A stretch of 32,000 nucleotides of DNA, taken from Mycobacterium tuberculosis H37Rv. Its GTDB lineage: Bacteria > Actinomycetota > Actinomycetes > Mycobacteriales > Mycobacteriaceae. Under the pieces are notes generated by a model. That model made no database searches. It was not told the origin of the DNA and was given only the letters and a program-made list of their open reading frames with translations. The position numbers and the translations under genes were made by a program. The DNA lies in assembly GCF_000195955.2 (NCBI RefSeq), contig NC_000962.3, positions 780,001-812,000 of the forward strand, written 5' to 3'. Shown one piece after another: positions 1 through 12,160 of this stretch (its first letter is position 1; the number at the start of each line of letters is the position of its first letter).

Positions 1-41
1 AGTGGGTAGCGCGATCGGCGCGCAACGGTTTCTCGACCACC

Positions 42-416
42 TCAGCCGACCCGCTGCAGTCGGTTTACCATTCCTAGTTCCCGGCCACGGTCCCAGATGA
101 ACGGATCACCATTGCGGAAGAACACCGTTTCGTCCCAGCCGTAGACGGTGATGTCGTTGATGATCGTGTCGGCGACAACGGTGTTGGACGAGCCCATCAC
201 GGTCACCGCCCAGCAGGTTCCCAGCGCGGTCACGATGTTCTGAGTGCCGTTGACCAACAAGGTGGATTCGTTGCAGTCCAGCGTCCGCTCGATGCCCTGC
301 CCGGTGACATGGGTGTCGCCGTTCTTGGCGTGTGCGGCCGGCGGTGGGGCGGCCAAGGCGACAGCGATGGTGATGACACCGGCAGCCAGCGACGCGGCGA
401 CGGTGTTCCACTTCAC
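42..416 (-). CDS. Small exported/membrane protein with N-terminal signal-like segment (Rv0680c-like, DUF3060-type repeats)
   Basis: 124 aa ORF; hydrophobic N-terminus MKWNTVAASLAAGVITIAVALAAPPPAAHA followed by GxxN-type beta repeats (LLVNGTQNIVTALG..WAVTVMGSSNTV). Confidence 0.8.
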   Translation of the reverse strand: MKWNTVAASLAAGVITIAVALAAPPPAAHAKNGDTHVTGQGIERTLDCNESTLLVNGTQNIVTALGTCWAVTVMGSSNTVVADTIINDITVYGWDETVFFRNGDPFIWDRGRELGMVNRLQRVG

Positions 417-654
417 GGCGGGCCCCCCTTCGACTGGGCGGGTGATGCTTGACTGAGCCTTGGTCGGGCCTTGATTGAGCGTACGTGCATTCGCCCGGGC
501 GACGACAGACCTGAGTGCATTTGCCGGGCAGGCACCCCGCGTCTGATGTCAGCTACTCCACAACCCGGTCGCTAGAGTCATTAGTTGGCCCTAACGTCCC
601 CCGAAGACCGGTGCGGACCCAAAGCCGATCACCCCAACCGAAGGGCGAACCGCC

Positions 655-1311
655 ATGGCAGCTCAGCCGCAAGCACCGTCAGCGGGCGGCCGCCCGCGCG
701 CGGGGAAAGCGGTGAAGTCCGTGGCTCGCCCGGCCAAACTGAGCCGTGAGAGCATCGTCGAGGGCGCCCTGACCTTTTTGGATCGGGAGGGGTGGGACTC
801 GCTGACCATCAATGCGCTGGCGACCCAGCTCGGGACCAAGGGGCCGTCGCTGTACAACCACGTGGACAGCCTCGAGGATCTACGCCGGGCGGTGCGGATT
901 CGGGTGATCGACGACATCATCACGATGCTGAATAGGGTCGGTGCGGGTCGCGCACGCGATGACGCGGTGTTGGTCATGGCCGGTGCCTACCGCAGCTACG
1001 CCCACCACCACCCGGGTCGGTACTCGGCGTTCACCCGGATGCCGCTGGGCGGTGACGATCCCGAATACACCGCTGCGACTAGGGGCGCAGCCGCGCCCGT
1101 CATCGCCGTGCTGTCCTCGTACGGCCTCGACGGTGAGCAGGCTTTCTACGCGGCGCTCGAGTTTTGGTCGGCACTGCATGGGTTTGTGTTGCTGGAAATG
1201 ACCGGCGTCATGGACGACATCGATACCGATGCGGTGTTCACCGACATGGTGCTGCGGCTGGCGGCGGGCATGGAAAGGCGCACCACACACGGTGGTACCG
1301 CGTCAACGTAG
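655..1311 (+). CDS. TetR-family transcriptional regulator
   Basis: 218 aa ORF with TetR HTH (LSRESIVEGALTFLDREGWDSLTINALATQLGTKGPSLYNHVDSLEDL). The true start may be an internal codon downstream of the basic N-terminus. Confidence 0.88.
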   Translation: MAAQPQAPSAGGRPRAGKAVKSVARPAKLSRESIVEGALTFLDREGWDSLTINALATQLGTKGPSLYNHVDSLEDLRRAVRIRVIDDIITMLNRVGAGRARDDAVLVMAGAYRSYAHHHPGRYSAFTRMPLGGDDPEYTAATRGAAAPVIAVLSSYGLDGEQAFYAALEFWSALHGFVLLEMTGVMDDIDTDAVFTDMVLRLAAGMERRTTHGGTAST

Positions 1312-1559
1312 CGCCCTGCTTCGGCCGCAACGCCCGCTTTGACCTGCCAGACTGGCGGCGGGTATTGTGGTTGCTCGTGCCTGGCGGCTTACGCTTGATG
1401 TAGGGGCGTGGATGCCGGGCCAATTCGCATGTCCGCGATGCCTCGGATGAGACGAATCGAGTTTGAGGCAAGCTATGCGACACACCCGGCCGCGGGTAAC
1501 CGTGGCGGGGCATGGCCGACAAACAGAACGTGAAAGCGCCCAAGATAGAAAGCCGGTAG

Positions 1560-1934
1560 ATGCCAACCATCCAGCAGCTGGTCCGCAAGGGTCGTCGGGA
1601 CAAGATCAGTAAGGTCAAGACCGCGGCTCTGAAGGGCAGCCCGCAGCGTCGTGGTGTATGCACCCGCGTGTACACCACCACTCCGAAGAAGCCGAACTCG
1701 GCGCTTCGGAAGGTTGCCCGCGTGAAGTTGACGAGTCAGGTCGAGGTCACGGCGTACATTCCCGGCGAGGGCCACAACCTGCAGGAGCACTCGATGGTGC
1801 TGGTGCGCGGCGGCCGGGTGAAGGACCTGCCTGGTGTGCGCTACAAGATCATCCGCGGTTCGCTGGATACGCAGGGTGTCAAGAACCGCAAACAGGCACG
1901 CAGCCGTTACGGCGCTAAGAAGGAGAAGGGCTGA
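1560..1934 (+). CDS. rpsL: 30S ribosomal protein S12
   Basis: 124 aa, classic S12 sequence [12 protein letters not shown]...[18 protein letters not shown]...[16 protein letters not shown]. Confidence 0.99.
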
Positions 1935-2404
1935 TGCCACGCAAGGGGCCCGCGCCCAAGCGTCCGTTGGTCAACGACCCGGTCTACGGATCGCAGTTGG
2001 TCACCCAGTTGGTGAACAAGGTTCTGTTGAAGGGGAAAAAATCGCTGGCCGAGCGCATTGTTTATGGTGCGCTTGAGCAAGCTCGCGACAAGACCGGCAC
2101 CGATCCGGTGATCACCCTCAAGCGGGCTCTCGACAATGTCAAACCCGCCCTGGAGGTGCGCAGCCGTCGCGTCGGCGGCGCGACCTATCAGGTGCCTGTC
2201 GAGGTGCGCCCCGACCGGTCGACCACGCTGGCGCTGCGCTGGCTCGTCGGCTACTCGCGGCAACGCCGTGAGAAGACGATGATCGAGCGCCTGGCAAATG
2301 AGATCCTGGATGCCAGCAATGGCCTTGGGGCCTCCGTCAAGCGGCGTGAGGACACCCACAAGATGGCCGAGGCGAACCGAGCCTTTGCGCATTATCGCTG
2401 GTGA
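1934..2404 (+). CDS. rpsG: 30S ribosomal protein S7
   Basis: 156 aa S7 sequence [20 protein letters not shown]...; start overlaps the rpsL stop by 1 nt. Confidence 0.99.
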
Positions 2405-2484
2405 GAAGCGCCGGTTAGCCAGCCAGGGCGCAAACCGACAGTGATAGACAGCTAACTAGCAACCGAAAGAGTGGGAAGACTTCT

Positions 2485-4590
2485 GTGGCACAGAAGGACG
2501 TGCTGACCGACCTGAGTAGGGTCCGCAACTTCGGCATCATGGCGCACATCGATGCCGGCAAGACCACAACCACCGAGCGCATCCTGTACTACACCGGTAT
2601 CAACTACAAGATTGGTGAGGTGCACGACGGCGCAGCCACCATGGACTGGATGGAACAGGAACAGGAGCGCGGCATCACCATCACCTCTGCGGCCACGACC
2701 ACGTTCTGGAAAGACAACCAGCTCAATATCATCGACACGCCAGGGCATGTGGATTTCACCGTCGAGGTGGAGCGCAATCTGCGCGTGCTCGACGGCGCGG
2801 TCGCGGTTTTCGACGGCAAAGAGGGTGTCGAACCGCAGTCCGAACAGGTGTGGCGGCAGGCCGACAAATACGATGTCCCCCGAATCTGCTTCGTCAACAA
2901 GATGGACAAGATCGGTGCGGACTTCTACTTCTCGGTTCGCACGATGGGGGAGCGGCTTGGGGCCAACGCCGTGCCCATTCAGCTTCCCGTCGGTGCGGAG
3001 GCCGACTTCGAAGGCGTCGTCGACCTGGTGGAGATGAACGCCAAGGTGTGGCGCGGCGAGACGAAACTCGGCGAAACCTACGACACCGTGGAAATACCGG
3101 CCGACCTGGCCGAGCAGGCTGAGGAGTACCGGACCAAGCTGCTCGAGGTGGTCGCCGAGTCCGACGAGCACCTGTTGGAGAAGTACCTGGGCGGTGAGGA
3201 GCTCACCGTCGACGAGATCAAGGGCGCGATCCGCAAGCTGACAATCGCCAGCGAGATCTACCCGGTGCTGTGCGGCAGCGCGTTCAAGAACAAGGGCGTG
3301 CAGCCGATGCTGGATGCCGTCGTCGACTACCTGCCGTCGCCGCTGGACGTTCCGCCGGCGATCGGGCACGCGCCCGCCAAGGAGGACGAGGAGGTGGTGC
3401 GCAAGGCGACCACCGACGAGCCCTTTGCGGCCCTGGCGTTCAAGATCGCTACTCACCCGTTCTTCGGCAAGCTCACCTACATCCGGGTGTACTCGGGCAC
3501 CGTCGAGTCGGGTAGCCAGGTCATCAATGCCACCAAGGGCAAGAAAGAACGGCTGGGCAAGCTGTTCCAGATGCACTCCAACAAGGAGAACCCGGTCGAT
3601 AGGGCTAGTGCCGGTCACATCTACGCGGTGATCGGTCTCAAGGACACCACCACCGGTGACACCTTGAGCGACCCGAACCAGCAGATCGTGCTGGAGTCGA
3701 TGACCTTCCCCGACCCGGTGATCGAGGTGGCCATCGAGCCGAAGACCAAGAGCGACCAAGAGAAGCTGAGTCTGTCGATCCAGAAGCTCGCCGAAGAGGA
3801 TCCGACCTTCAAGGTGCACCTGGATTCCGAGACCGGCCAGACCGTCATCGGCGGCATGGGCGAGCTGCATCTGGACATCCTGGTGGACCGCATGCGCCGG
3901 GAATTCAAGGTCGAGGCCAACGTCGGCAAGCCTCAGGTTGCCTACAAGGAGACCATCAAGCGGCTCGTGCAGAACGTCGAGTACACCCACAAGAAGCAGA
4001 CGGGTGGCTCGGGCCAGTTCGCCAAGGTCATCATCAACCTCGAGCCGTTCACCGGTGAAGAGGGCGCGACCTACGAGTTCGAGAGCAAAGTCACCGGCGG
4101 GCGTATCCCGCGGGAGTACATCCCGTCGGTGGATGCCGGCGCACAGGACGCCATGCAGTACGGCGTGCTGGCCGGCTATCCGCTGGTGAACCTGAAGGTC
4201 ACGCTGCTCGACGGCGCCTACCACGAGGTTGACTCCTCGGAAATGGCGTTCAAGATCGCGGGCTCGCAGGTGCTCAAAAAGGCTGCCGCACTTGCGCAGC
4301 CGGTGATCCTGGAACCGATCATGGCGGTCGAGGTGACCACACCCGAGGACTACATGGGTGACGTGATCGGCGACCTGAACTCCCGCCGTGGCCAGATCCA
4401 GGCCATGGAGGAGCGGGCTGGTGCGCGCGTTGTTAGGGCGCACGTGCCGCTGTCGGAGATGTTCGGCTACGTCGGTGACCTTCGGTCCAAGACTCAAGGC
4501 CGGGCAAACTACTCCATGGTGTTCGACTCGTACTCCGAAGTGCCGGCGAACGTGTCGAAGGAAATCATCGCGAAGGCGACGGGCGAGTGA
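2485..4590 (+). CDS. fusA: Elongation factor G
   Basis: 701 aa; GTPase motifs [46 protein letters not shown]. Confidence 0.99.
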   Translation: MAQKDVLTDLSRVRNFGIMAHIDAGKTTTTERILYYTGINYKIGEVHDGAATMDWMEQEQERGITITSAATTTFWKDNQLNIIDTPGHVDFTVEVERNLRVLDGAVAVFDGKEGVEPQSEQVWRQADKYDVPRICFVNKMDKIGADFYFSVRTMGERLGANAVPIQLPVGAEADFEGVVDLVEMNAKVWRGETKLGETYDTVEIPADLAEQAEEYRTKLLEVVAESDEHLLEKYLGGEELTVDEIKGAIRKLTIASEIYPVLCGSAFKNKGVQPMLDAVVDYLPSPLDVPPAIGHAPAKEDEEVVRKATTDEPFAALAFKIATHPFFGKLTYIRVYSGTVESGSQVINATKGKKERLGKLFQMHSNKENPVDRASAGHIYAVIGLKDTTTGDTLSDPNQQIVLESMTFPDPVIEVAIEPKTKSDQEKLSLSIQKLAEEDPTFKVHLDSETGQTVIGGMGELHLDILVDRMRREFKVEANVGKPQVAYKETIKRLVQNVEYTHKKQTGGSGQFAKVIINLEPFTGEEGATYEFESKVTGGRIPREYIPSVDAGAQDAMQYGVLAGYPLVNLKVTLLDGAYHEVDSSEMAFKIAGSQVLKKAAALAQPVILEPIMAVEVTTPEDYMGDVIGDLNSRRGQIQAMEERAGARVVRAHVPLSEMFGYVGDLRSKTQGRANYSMVFDSYSEVPANVSKEIIAKATGE

Positions 4591-4720
4591 GCGCAAGCTC
4601 ACGAGTGAGGAGCCGAGCAATGGGTACAGCGAAGGCGACGGGCGACTAGGCGATGCGAAGACGACCGCTAGTGAGCGAAGCTCACGAGCAATGAGCAGCG
4701 CGAAGGCGACTGGCGAGTAG
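4571..4720 (+). repeat. Three direct copies of the fusA 3' end (cgaaggcgacgggcga[g/c]t..) plus two short hairpins in the fusA-tuf spacer
   Basis: cgaaggcgac(g/t)ggcga at 4571, 4630 and 4701; hairpins GTGAGC-GCAA-GCTCAC (4587-4602) and GTGAGC-GAA-GCTCAC (4671-4685). Confidence 0.85.
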
Positions 4721-4820
4721 ATACAACCATACGAGTAGGCTGGCCCGGTTACGACCGCGGCATAACTGAAAACATCAACACTGCTTTTATAAGCACTAAC
4801 AAGTCCAGGAGGACACAAAA

Positions 4821-6011
<1,191 letters not shown>

Positions 6012-6024
6012 GTCTACCGGCCAC

Positions 6025-6080
6025 CAGACGCAAAAGAACATGATGGGCGCACCAGCGCCCATCATGTTCTTTTGCGTCTG
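6025..6080 (+). terminator. Perfect 26-bp inverted repeat with 4-nt loop directly after tuf
   Basis: cagacgcaaaagaacatgatgggcgc / acca / gcgcccatcatgttcttttgcgtctg, starting 13 nt after the tuf stop codon. Confidence 0.88.
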
Positions 6081-6148
6081 CTCGCGAAAATGCCCAGCGT
6101 GCGGCGCTACGCTGACATGGACCCTCCGACGAGGCAAGGAGCAGGCAC

Positions 6149-6946
6149 GTGTTAGCGCGCTACATCAAGATGCAGTTATTGGTGCTGTTGTGCGGTGGTC
6201 TGGTCGGGCCGATCTTCTTGGTCGTCTACTTCACGCTCGGACTGGGCAGCCTGATGTCGTGGATGTTCTATGTCGGTCTGATCATTACCGTTGCTGACGT
6301 GCTGGTCGCGCTCGCATTGACCAACTACGGGGCAAAGACCGCTGCCAAGACCGCGGCACTTGAACGGAGTGGAGTGCTGGCGCTCGCCCAAATCACCGGG
6401 CTCAGCGAGACAGGGACCCGGATCAACGATCAACCGCTGGTAAAGGTGCACCTGCACATCTCGGGACCCGGCATCACTCCGTTCGACACGGAAGACCGGG
6501 TCATCGCCAGTGTGACCCGGCTGGGCAATCTCACGGCTCGAAAACTGGTGGTATTGGTGAATCCCGCCACGCAGCAATACCTGATCGACTGGGAACGAAG
6601 CGCTTTGGTCAACGGCCTGGTGCCCGCCCAATTCACCGTCGCCGAAGACAACAAGACCTACGACTTGAGTGGGCAAACCGGCCCGCTGATGGAGATCTTG
6701 CAGATTCTGAAGGCAAACAACGTTCCGCTGAACCGGATGGTTGACATCCGCTCGAATCCGGCACTGCGTCAGCAAGTCCAAGCGGTGGTGCGGCGGGCAG
6801 CCGAGCGGCAGGCGCCGGCGGCCGAGCCAGCGTCGCAAGGATCGATCGCCGAGCGGCTTGCGGAGCTGGAATCGCTGCGCGCCAGCGGTGCGGTCAACGC
6901 GGCGGAATACGAGAGCAAGCGCGCCCAGATCATCTCCGAAATCTGA
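6149..6946 (+). CDS. Membrane protein with two N-terminal transmembrane segments and C-terminal SHOCT-like short helical domain
   Basis: 265 aa; LLVLLCGGLVGPIFLVVYF and WMFYVGLIITVADVLVALAL TM segments; C-terminus GSIAERLAELESLRASGAVNAAEYESKRAQIISEI. Confidence 0.85.
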   Translation: MLARYIKMQLLVLLCGGLVGPIFLVVYFTLGLGSLMSWMFYVGLIITVADVLVALALTNYGAKTAAKTAALERSGVLALAQITGLSETGTRINDQPLVKVHLHISGPGITPFDTEDRVIASVTRLGNLTARKLVVLVNPATQQYLIDWERSALVNGLVPAQFTVAEDNKTYDLSGQTGPLMEILQILKANNVPLNRMVDIRSNPALRQQVQAVVRRAAERQAPAAEPASQGSIAERLAELESLRASGAVNAAEYESKRAQIISEI

Positions 6947-7077
6947 GGCGAGCTGGGGCACCATCCGCGGCGAGCAGACGCGAAAGCCCGCGACACGCCG
7001 AGGCATCGGGGGATTTTGTCTGGTGGGCGGGAATCTGGGGCACGTTAGAACACGTTACAGTTTCGCTGCTAGCCTGA

Positions 7078-7926
<849 letters not shown>

Positions 7927-7939
7927 CGCGCGATCGTGT

Positions 7940-9160
7940 ATGAACGCACACGTGACCAGTCGTGAAGGCGTCAATGAGTTTGACGATGGAATTGTGATCG
8001 TCGGCGGCGGATTGGCAGCTGCGCGCACCGCCGAGCAGTTGCGTCGTGCGGGCTATTCGGGTCGCCTCACGATCGTCAGCGACGAGGTGCATCTGCCGTA
8101 CGACCGTCCGCCGCTATCCAAGGAGGTGCTGCGCAGCGAGGTCGACGATGTGGCCCTCAAACCCCGCGAGTTCTACGACGAAAAGGACATCGCACTTCGG
8201 CTGGGGTCGGCTGCCGTCAGCTTGGACACGGGAGAACAGACGGTAACGCTGGCCGACGGTACGGTGCTCGGCTACGACGAGCTCGTCATCGCGACTGGTT
8301 TGGTGCCCCGGCGTATTCCATCGCTTCCCGACCTTGATGGCATTCGGGTGCTCCGGTCGTTCGACGAGAGCATGGCACTGCGCAAGCATGCATCCGCCGC
8401 ACGGCACGCCGTGGTGGTGGGGGCCGGTTTCATCGGCTGCGAGGTGGCTGCCAGTCTGCGCGGTCTCGGTGTGGATGTGGTGCTGGTTGAGCCGCAGCCG
8501 GCGCCGTTGGCCTCGGTGCTGGGCGAGCAGATCGGCCAGTTGGTGACGCGGCTCCATCGCGATGAGGGCGTTGATGTTCGCACGGGTGTGACAGTGGCCG
8601 AGGTACGTGGCAAGGGGCATGTCGACGCGGTGGTCCTGACCGACGGTACCGAACTGCCGGCTGATCTGGTGGTTGTGGGCATTGGGTCGACCCCGGCGAC
8701 CGAATGGCTAGAGGGTAGCGGCGTCGAGGTCGACAACGGCGTGATCTGTGACAAAGCCGGGCGGACTAGCGCGCCGAATGTGTGGGCGCTCGGTGACGTC
8801 GCCTCCTGGCGAGATCCGATGGGACACCAAGCACGCGTGGAACATTGGAGCAACGTCGCCGACCAGGCCCGAGTCGTGGTGCCCGCGATGCTCGGGACCG
8901 ATGTGCCCACGGGCGTGGTCGTCCCGTATTTCTGGAGTGACCAGTATGACGTCAAAATCCAGTGCCTGGGGGAGCCGCACGCCACCGACGTTGTGCATCT
9001 GGTCGAGGACGACGGGCGCAAGTTCCTTGCCTATTACGAGCGCGATGGCGTGCTGGTTGGCGTGGTCGGTGGCGGGATGGCCGGCAAGGTCATGAAGGTG
9101 CGCGGCAAGATCGCCGCGGGCGCGCCCATCGCCGAAGTGTTAGACCAAACTCAGGCCTAG
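7940..9160 (+). CDS. NAD(P)/FAD-dependent ferredoxin/rubredoxin-type reductase
   Basis: 406 aa; IVIVGGGLAAARTAEQLRRAGYSGRLTIVSDE..PYDRPPLSKEVL, second dinucleotide motif VVVGAGFIGCEVAASLRGLG, NVWALGDVASW. Confidence 0.9.
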   Translation: MNAHVTSREGVNEFDDGIVIVGGGLAAARTAEQLRRAGYSGRLTIVSDEVHLPYDRPPLSKEVLRSEVDDVALKPREFYDEKDIALRLGSAAVSLDTGEQTVTLADGTVLGYDELVIATGLVPRRIPSLPDLDGIRVLRSFDESMALRKHASAARHAVVVGAGFIGCEVAASLRGLGVDVVLVEPQPAPLASVLGEQIGQLVTRLHRDEGVDVRTGVTVAEVRGKGHVDAVVLTDGTELPADLVVVGIGSTPATEWLEGSGVEVDNGVICDKAGRTSAPNVWALGDVASWRDPMGHQARVEHWSNVADQARVVVPAMLGTDVPTGVVVPYFWSDQYDVKIQCLGEPHATDVVHLVEDDGRKFLAYYERDGVLVGVVGGGMAGKVMKVRGKIAAGAPIAEVLDQTQA

Positions 9161-9600
9161 AGCTGACCTAGGTGGCAGCGGGCGCCCTGGTCGTCGGCGC
9201 ATTCGGCGGACATATCGTCTGGCTGTCGGGACGGCTCGGCCAGCGCGCCGGCCGCACGCACCCGTGCGACCGCCGCGTCGATATCGCCACCGTCCATATC
9301 GGCACGGCGCTCGGATGCGGGCTGCGGCCCGCTGCACCGGGCCATCAGATGCACGCCCGGCGCCTGCCAGCCATCCGCGACGCGGCCCGGTTTGACGGTC
9401 CACCCCAGCACGTGGCGTAGAAGTCGCGGATGACGTCGGAATCGGCTACCTCGTAGCTGACATTCGCCGTTTCACTGAGCCGGCATCTGTTGAGCTCTGG
9501 GCGTTTCCGGCACGGGCTCGGCTTCAAGACCGCGAATGCCGCGCTTCGGTTGTCGGTAGCATCGAGGATGGCTCCGTGCTCGGATTGACCTGTTTGTCCC
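9157..9600 (-). pseudogene. Decayed VOC (glyoxalase/bleomycin resistance-like) protein; the 84 aa ORF 9157..9411 is its 3' part
   Basis: Upstream frame reads SETANVSYEVADSDVIRDFYAT and then, after a 1-nt frameshift near 9405-9412, LGWTVKPGRVADGWQAPGVHLMA..GDIDAAVARVRAAGALAEPSRQPDDMSAECADDQGARCHLGQL. Further upstream AILDATDNRSAAFAVLKPSP resembles the end of a preceding VOC module. Confidence 0.6.
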
Positions 9601-10023
9601 GCGGCGCCGCTGGCTGCGGTGATCGCCTCGCGCGTGGCGACCAGGCCTGCGACGGCCTAGCAGCAACCAGGGTGGGACAACCGGAGCCGGCGAATATGCC
9701 GGTCGGGAGCTCGGTTGTTCGTGGGAGCTCGGTGACCGGCATGGGGACATGACGGCGGCTGATCGTGGTCAGCCAGCTTGTGTCGCGCCACGCAGCCATG
9801 AAATCGCGATTGGCGGCGGATCGCTTCCATGCGCGGCATCCGTTGCAGCCCGAAATGTCTCCGACGTCAGGTCCTCGGCCGTGCCACGGGCGCCGCAGAG
9901 CCGCCCATACCGTCGCCGCGCTGGCGTGAATTCCGACGGGTTGGTCAGGAAAATATCCGGCGAGCTGCTACCGTGGCGGCGCCAACACTGTGCCGACCCA
10001 ACTCGGGGATCGCAGATCGCTCG

Positions 10024-11073
10024 TCATTGCCAGGTCACCGGTGGGCCGTGTGGATGGCATTCACCCAAGACCCGGGCGTGACCACCCGGCCAACTGCGCA
10101 TACGTACCAGGTACTTGATTTGGGCGCCGGGCCGCTGGTGGGCAGGCTCCAAGGTGAGGTGCACGAACGGGCAGTGGGCATCGGCTTGCGCGGCTAATGC
10201 GTCGATTCCGGCGCGGATCGCTGCGCGTTCGTCGGCGGGCAGGTACTGCCAGGTGATCGAATGCCACAACACGGTGAGTGCATCGTCGGTCAGAGTCATG
10301 CCGGCGACTGCGGCGTGCGCCGCCTGCCGATGGAGGTCCGCGGGAATGTTGCGGGCGACGGCGATGGCGCCCCGCAACCGCTCCAACCGATCGGTCTGGT
10401 CCGGCCAGATGTAGCTCAACGCGTTCAGCTCCCCGTCGGGGCTGGTGACGTCGATGGGCGCGATGTCGTATCCGTGTCGTTCGACGATCCGCACCGTGGC
10501 CGTCGGCGGCAATTCGCCCAGCCAGGCATTGTCGATTCGCACCGGTGAGTCGGCCAGGCCCCATTCGCCGCCGAGATAACGGTAGCGGTACCGATCTGGT
10601 CGCAGGTTCAGCCCTGCACTGGACCCTATCTCGAAAAGCCTTATTGGCAAGTCGAATTGGAGGCAGGCGATGAGAAGTCCACCGATCAACGCCGCCGAGC
10701 GCCCTACCTCGTTGGTCTGCGGTGGCCGATCGAGAGCCGCACGCAGCGACTCCGGCTGGTCGGTCGCGGTGCGGACGATATCGGGCCAGGCTGCCTCCGC
10801 CTGCCAGGTGCCGCCGGTGCTGGGGTACCAGCGGCGCAACACCGGTGCGCGGCCGTCGAGCACCATCCGGTGCAATCCGCCGAGCAGCCGAAGCGGCACC
10901 GCCTGGCCCTCCGGAGCACCCTTCTGGTCGGCCAAGATGGACGCGAAGACGCCGCCGCTTTCGACGTCAGCTGCCACGAGCTCAAGTAGCTCGCGGTACA
11001 TCGGGGAGCCGGAGGAGGTGCACACCCGCCCCTGTGACCGCAGGGTGTGGACCAGGTGTTCGGTGCCCGTCAC
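10024..11073 (-). CDS. Conserved hypothetical protein, DUF2332-type
   Basis: 349 aa ORF; [41 protein letters not shown]..., full-length uninterrupted. Confidence 0.82.
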
Positions 11074-11666
11074 TGGTTGAGTCGGTCCAGACCGGCGCCG
11101 ACGACGTCAAACGCGGCCCCGAGCGCTTCGGTCAAGGAGACGGATTCGTCGCGCAGCCAATGTTCATAGGCGCTCAGAGCGACCCCCAGCATTGTCCAGG
11201 CGACGGTTTGGGGCATAAAGTCTGTCGTCTTTCCACCCGATCTGCGGGCAACGAATTTGGCGATCACCTCGCGCCAGCCAGCATACATGGTCATCGAATA
11301 GGCCTGCAGTTCAGGAGTTTGCAAGATGACCCGCATGCGCTTGCGGTGTCGGATGGTTTCGGATTCGTCAAAGGTGTTGAAGGCCAACAGCGCTGCGCGC
11401 AACGCGTCCCTCAGCTGAATCCGTGAATCGATATTGTCGAGTAGACCTTGTAGCTGTGCAAGGTGGGTGCTGAAGTCACCCCAGGGGATGGCGTTCTTGG
11501 AGGCGTAGTAGCGAAACAACGTTCTGCGGGCGATGCCGGCCGCCCGGGCGATGTCGTCCACGCTGACATCGGTGAAACCGTGGGCAGCGAACAGTTCGAT
11601 GGCAACATCGCTGATGTGGTGCGGTGTGGTTGAGCGCCGTCGGCCCACCCGCGACTCGTGCGGCAT
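11070..11666 (-). CDS. mftR: Mycofactocin locus TetR-family regulator MftR
   Basis: 198 aa from ATG at 11666: [65 protein letters not shown]; divergent from mftA. The 370 aa ORF extension upstream is antisense to mftA/mftB and rejected. Confidence 0.93.
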
Positions 11667-11756
11667 CACATTCGCCCTTCCATTTCGGCACTCGATGCCA
11701 TATTGTGTCCAGATCGACGGATCGCTGTCGAGACCTGCTGGCGAAAGGCAATCCAG

Positions 11757-11846
11757 ATGGACTACGAAACCGATACCGACACCGAGCTTGTCACCGAGAC
11801 CCTGGTTGAAGAGGTGTCCATCGACGGAATGTGTGGGGTTTACTGA
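11757..11846 (+). CDS. mftA: Mycofactocin precursor peptide MftA
   Basis: 29 aa [29 protein letters not shown] with the diagnostic C-terminus IDGMCGVY; purine-rich gaaagg upstream; immediately before mftB/mftC. Confidence 0.96.
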
Positions 11847-11848
11847 CC

Positions 11849-12160
11849 GTGCCGGCGCCCGCGCAGGCTCGCCGGGCTGATTCCAGCGAATTCGATCCCG
11901 ATCGCGGCTGGCGACTACACCCACAGGTGGCGGTCCGGCCGGAGCCTTTTGGCGCGCTGCTCTATCACTTCGGCACCCGTAAGTTGTCATTTCTGAAAAA
12001 TCGCACCATCCTCGCGGTGGTGCAGACGCTGGCGGATTATCCCGATATCCGGTCGGCCTGCCGCGGCGCCGGCGTCGACGACTGTGACCAGGATCCGTAC
12101 CTGCACGCCCTGAGTGTGCTCGCCGGTTCGAACATGCTGGTTCCTCGGCAGACAACATGA
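11849..12160 (+). CDS. mftB: Mycofactocin peptide chaperone MftB (PqqD-like)
   Basis: 103 aa from GTG at 11849: [65 protein letters not shown]; start 3 nt after the mftA stop, stop overlaps mftC start. Confidence 0.9.

Noticed and set aside
2452-4818. 788 aa minus-strand ORF
   Set aside because: Exact antisense of fusA; high-GC shadow ORF with His/Arg/Leu-biased composition and no recognisable domain.
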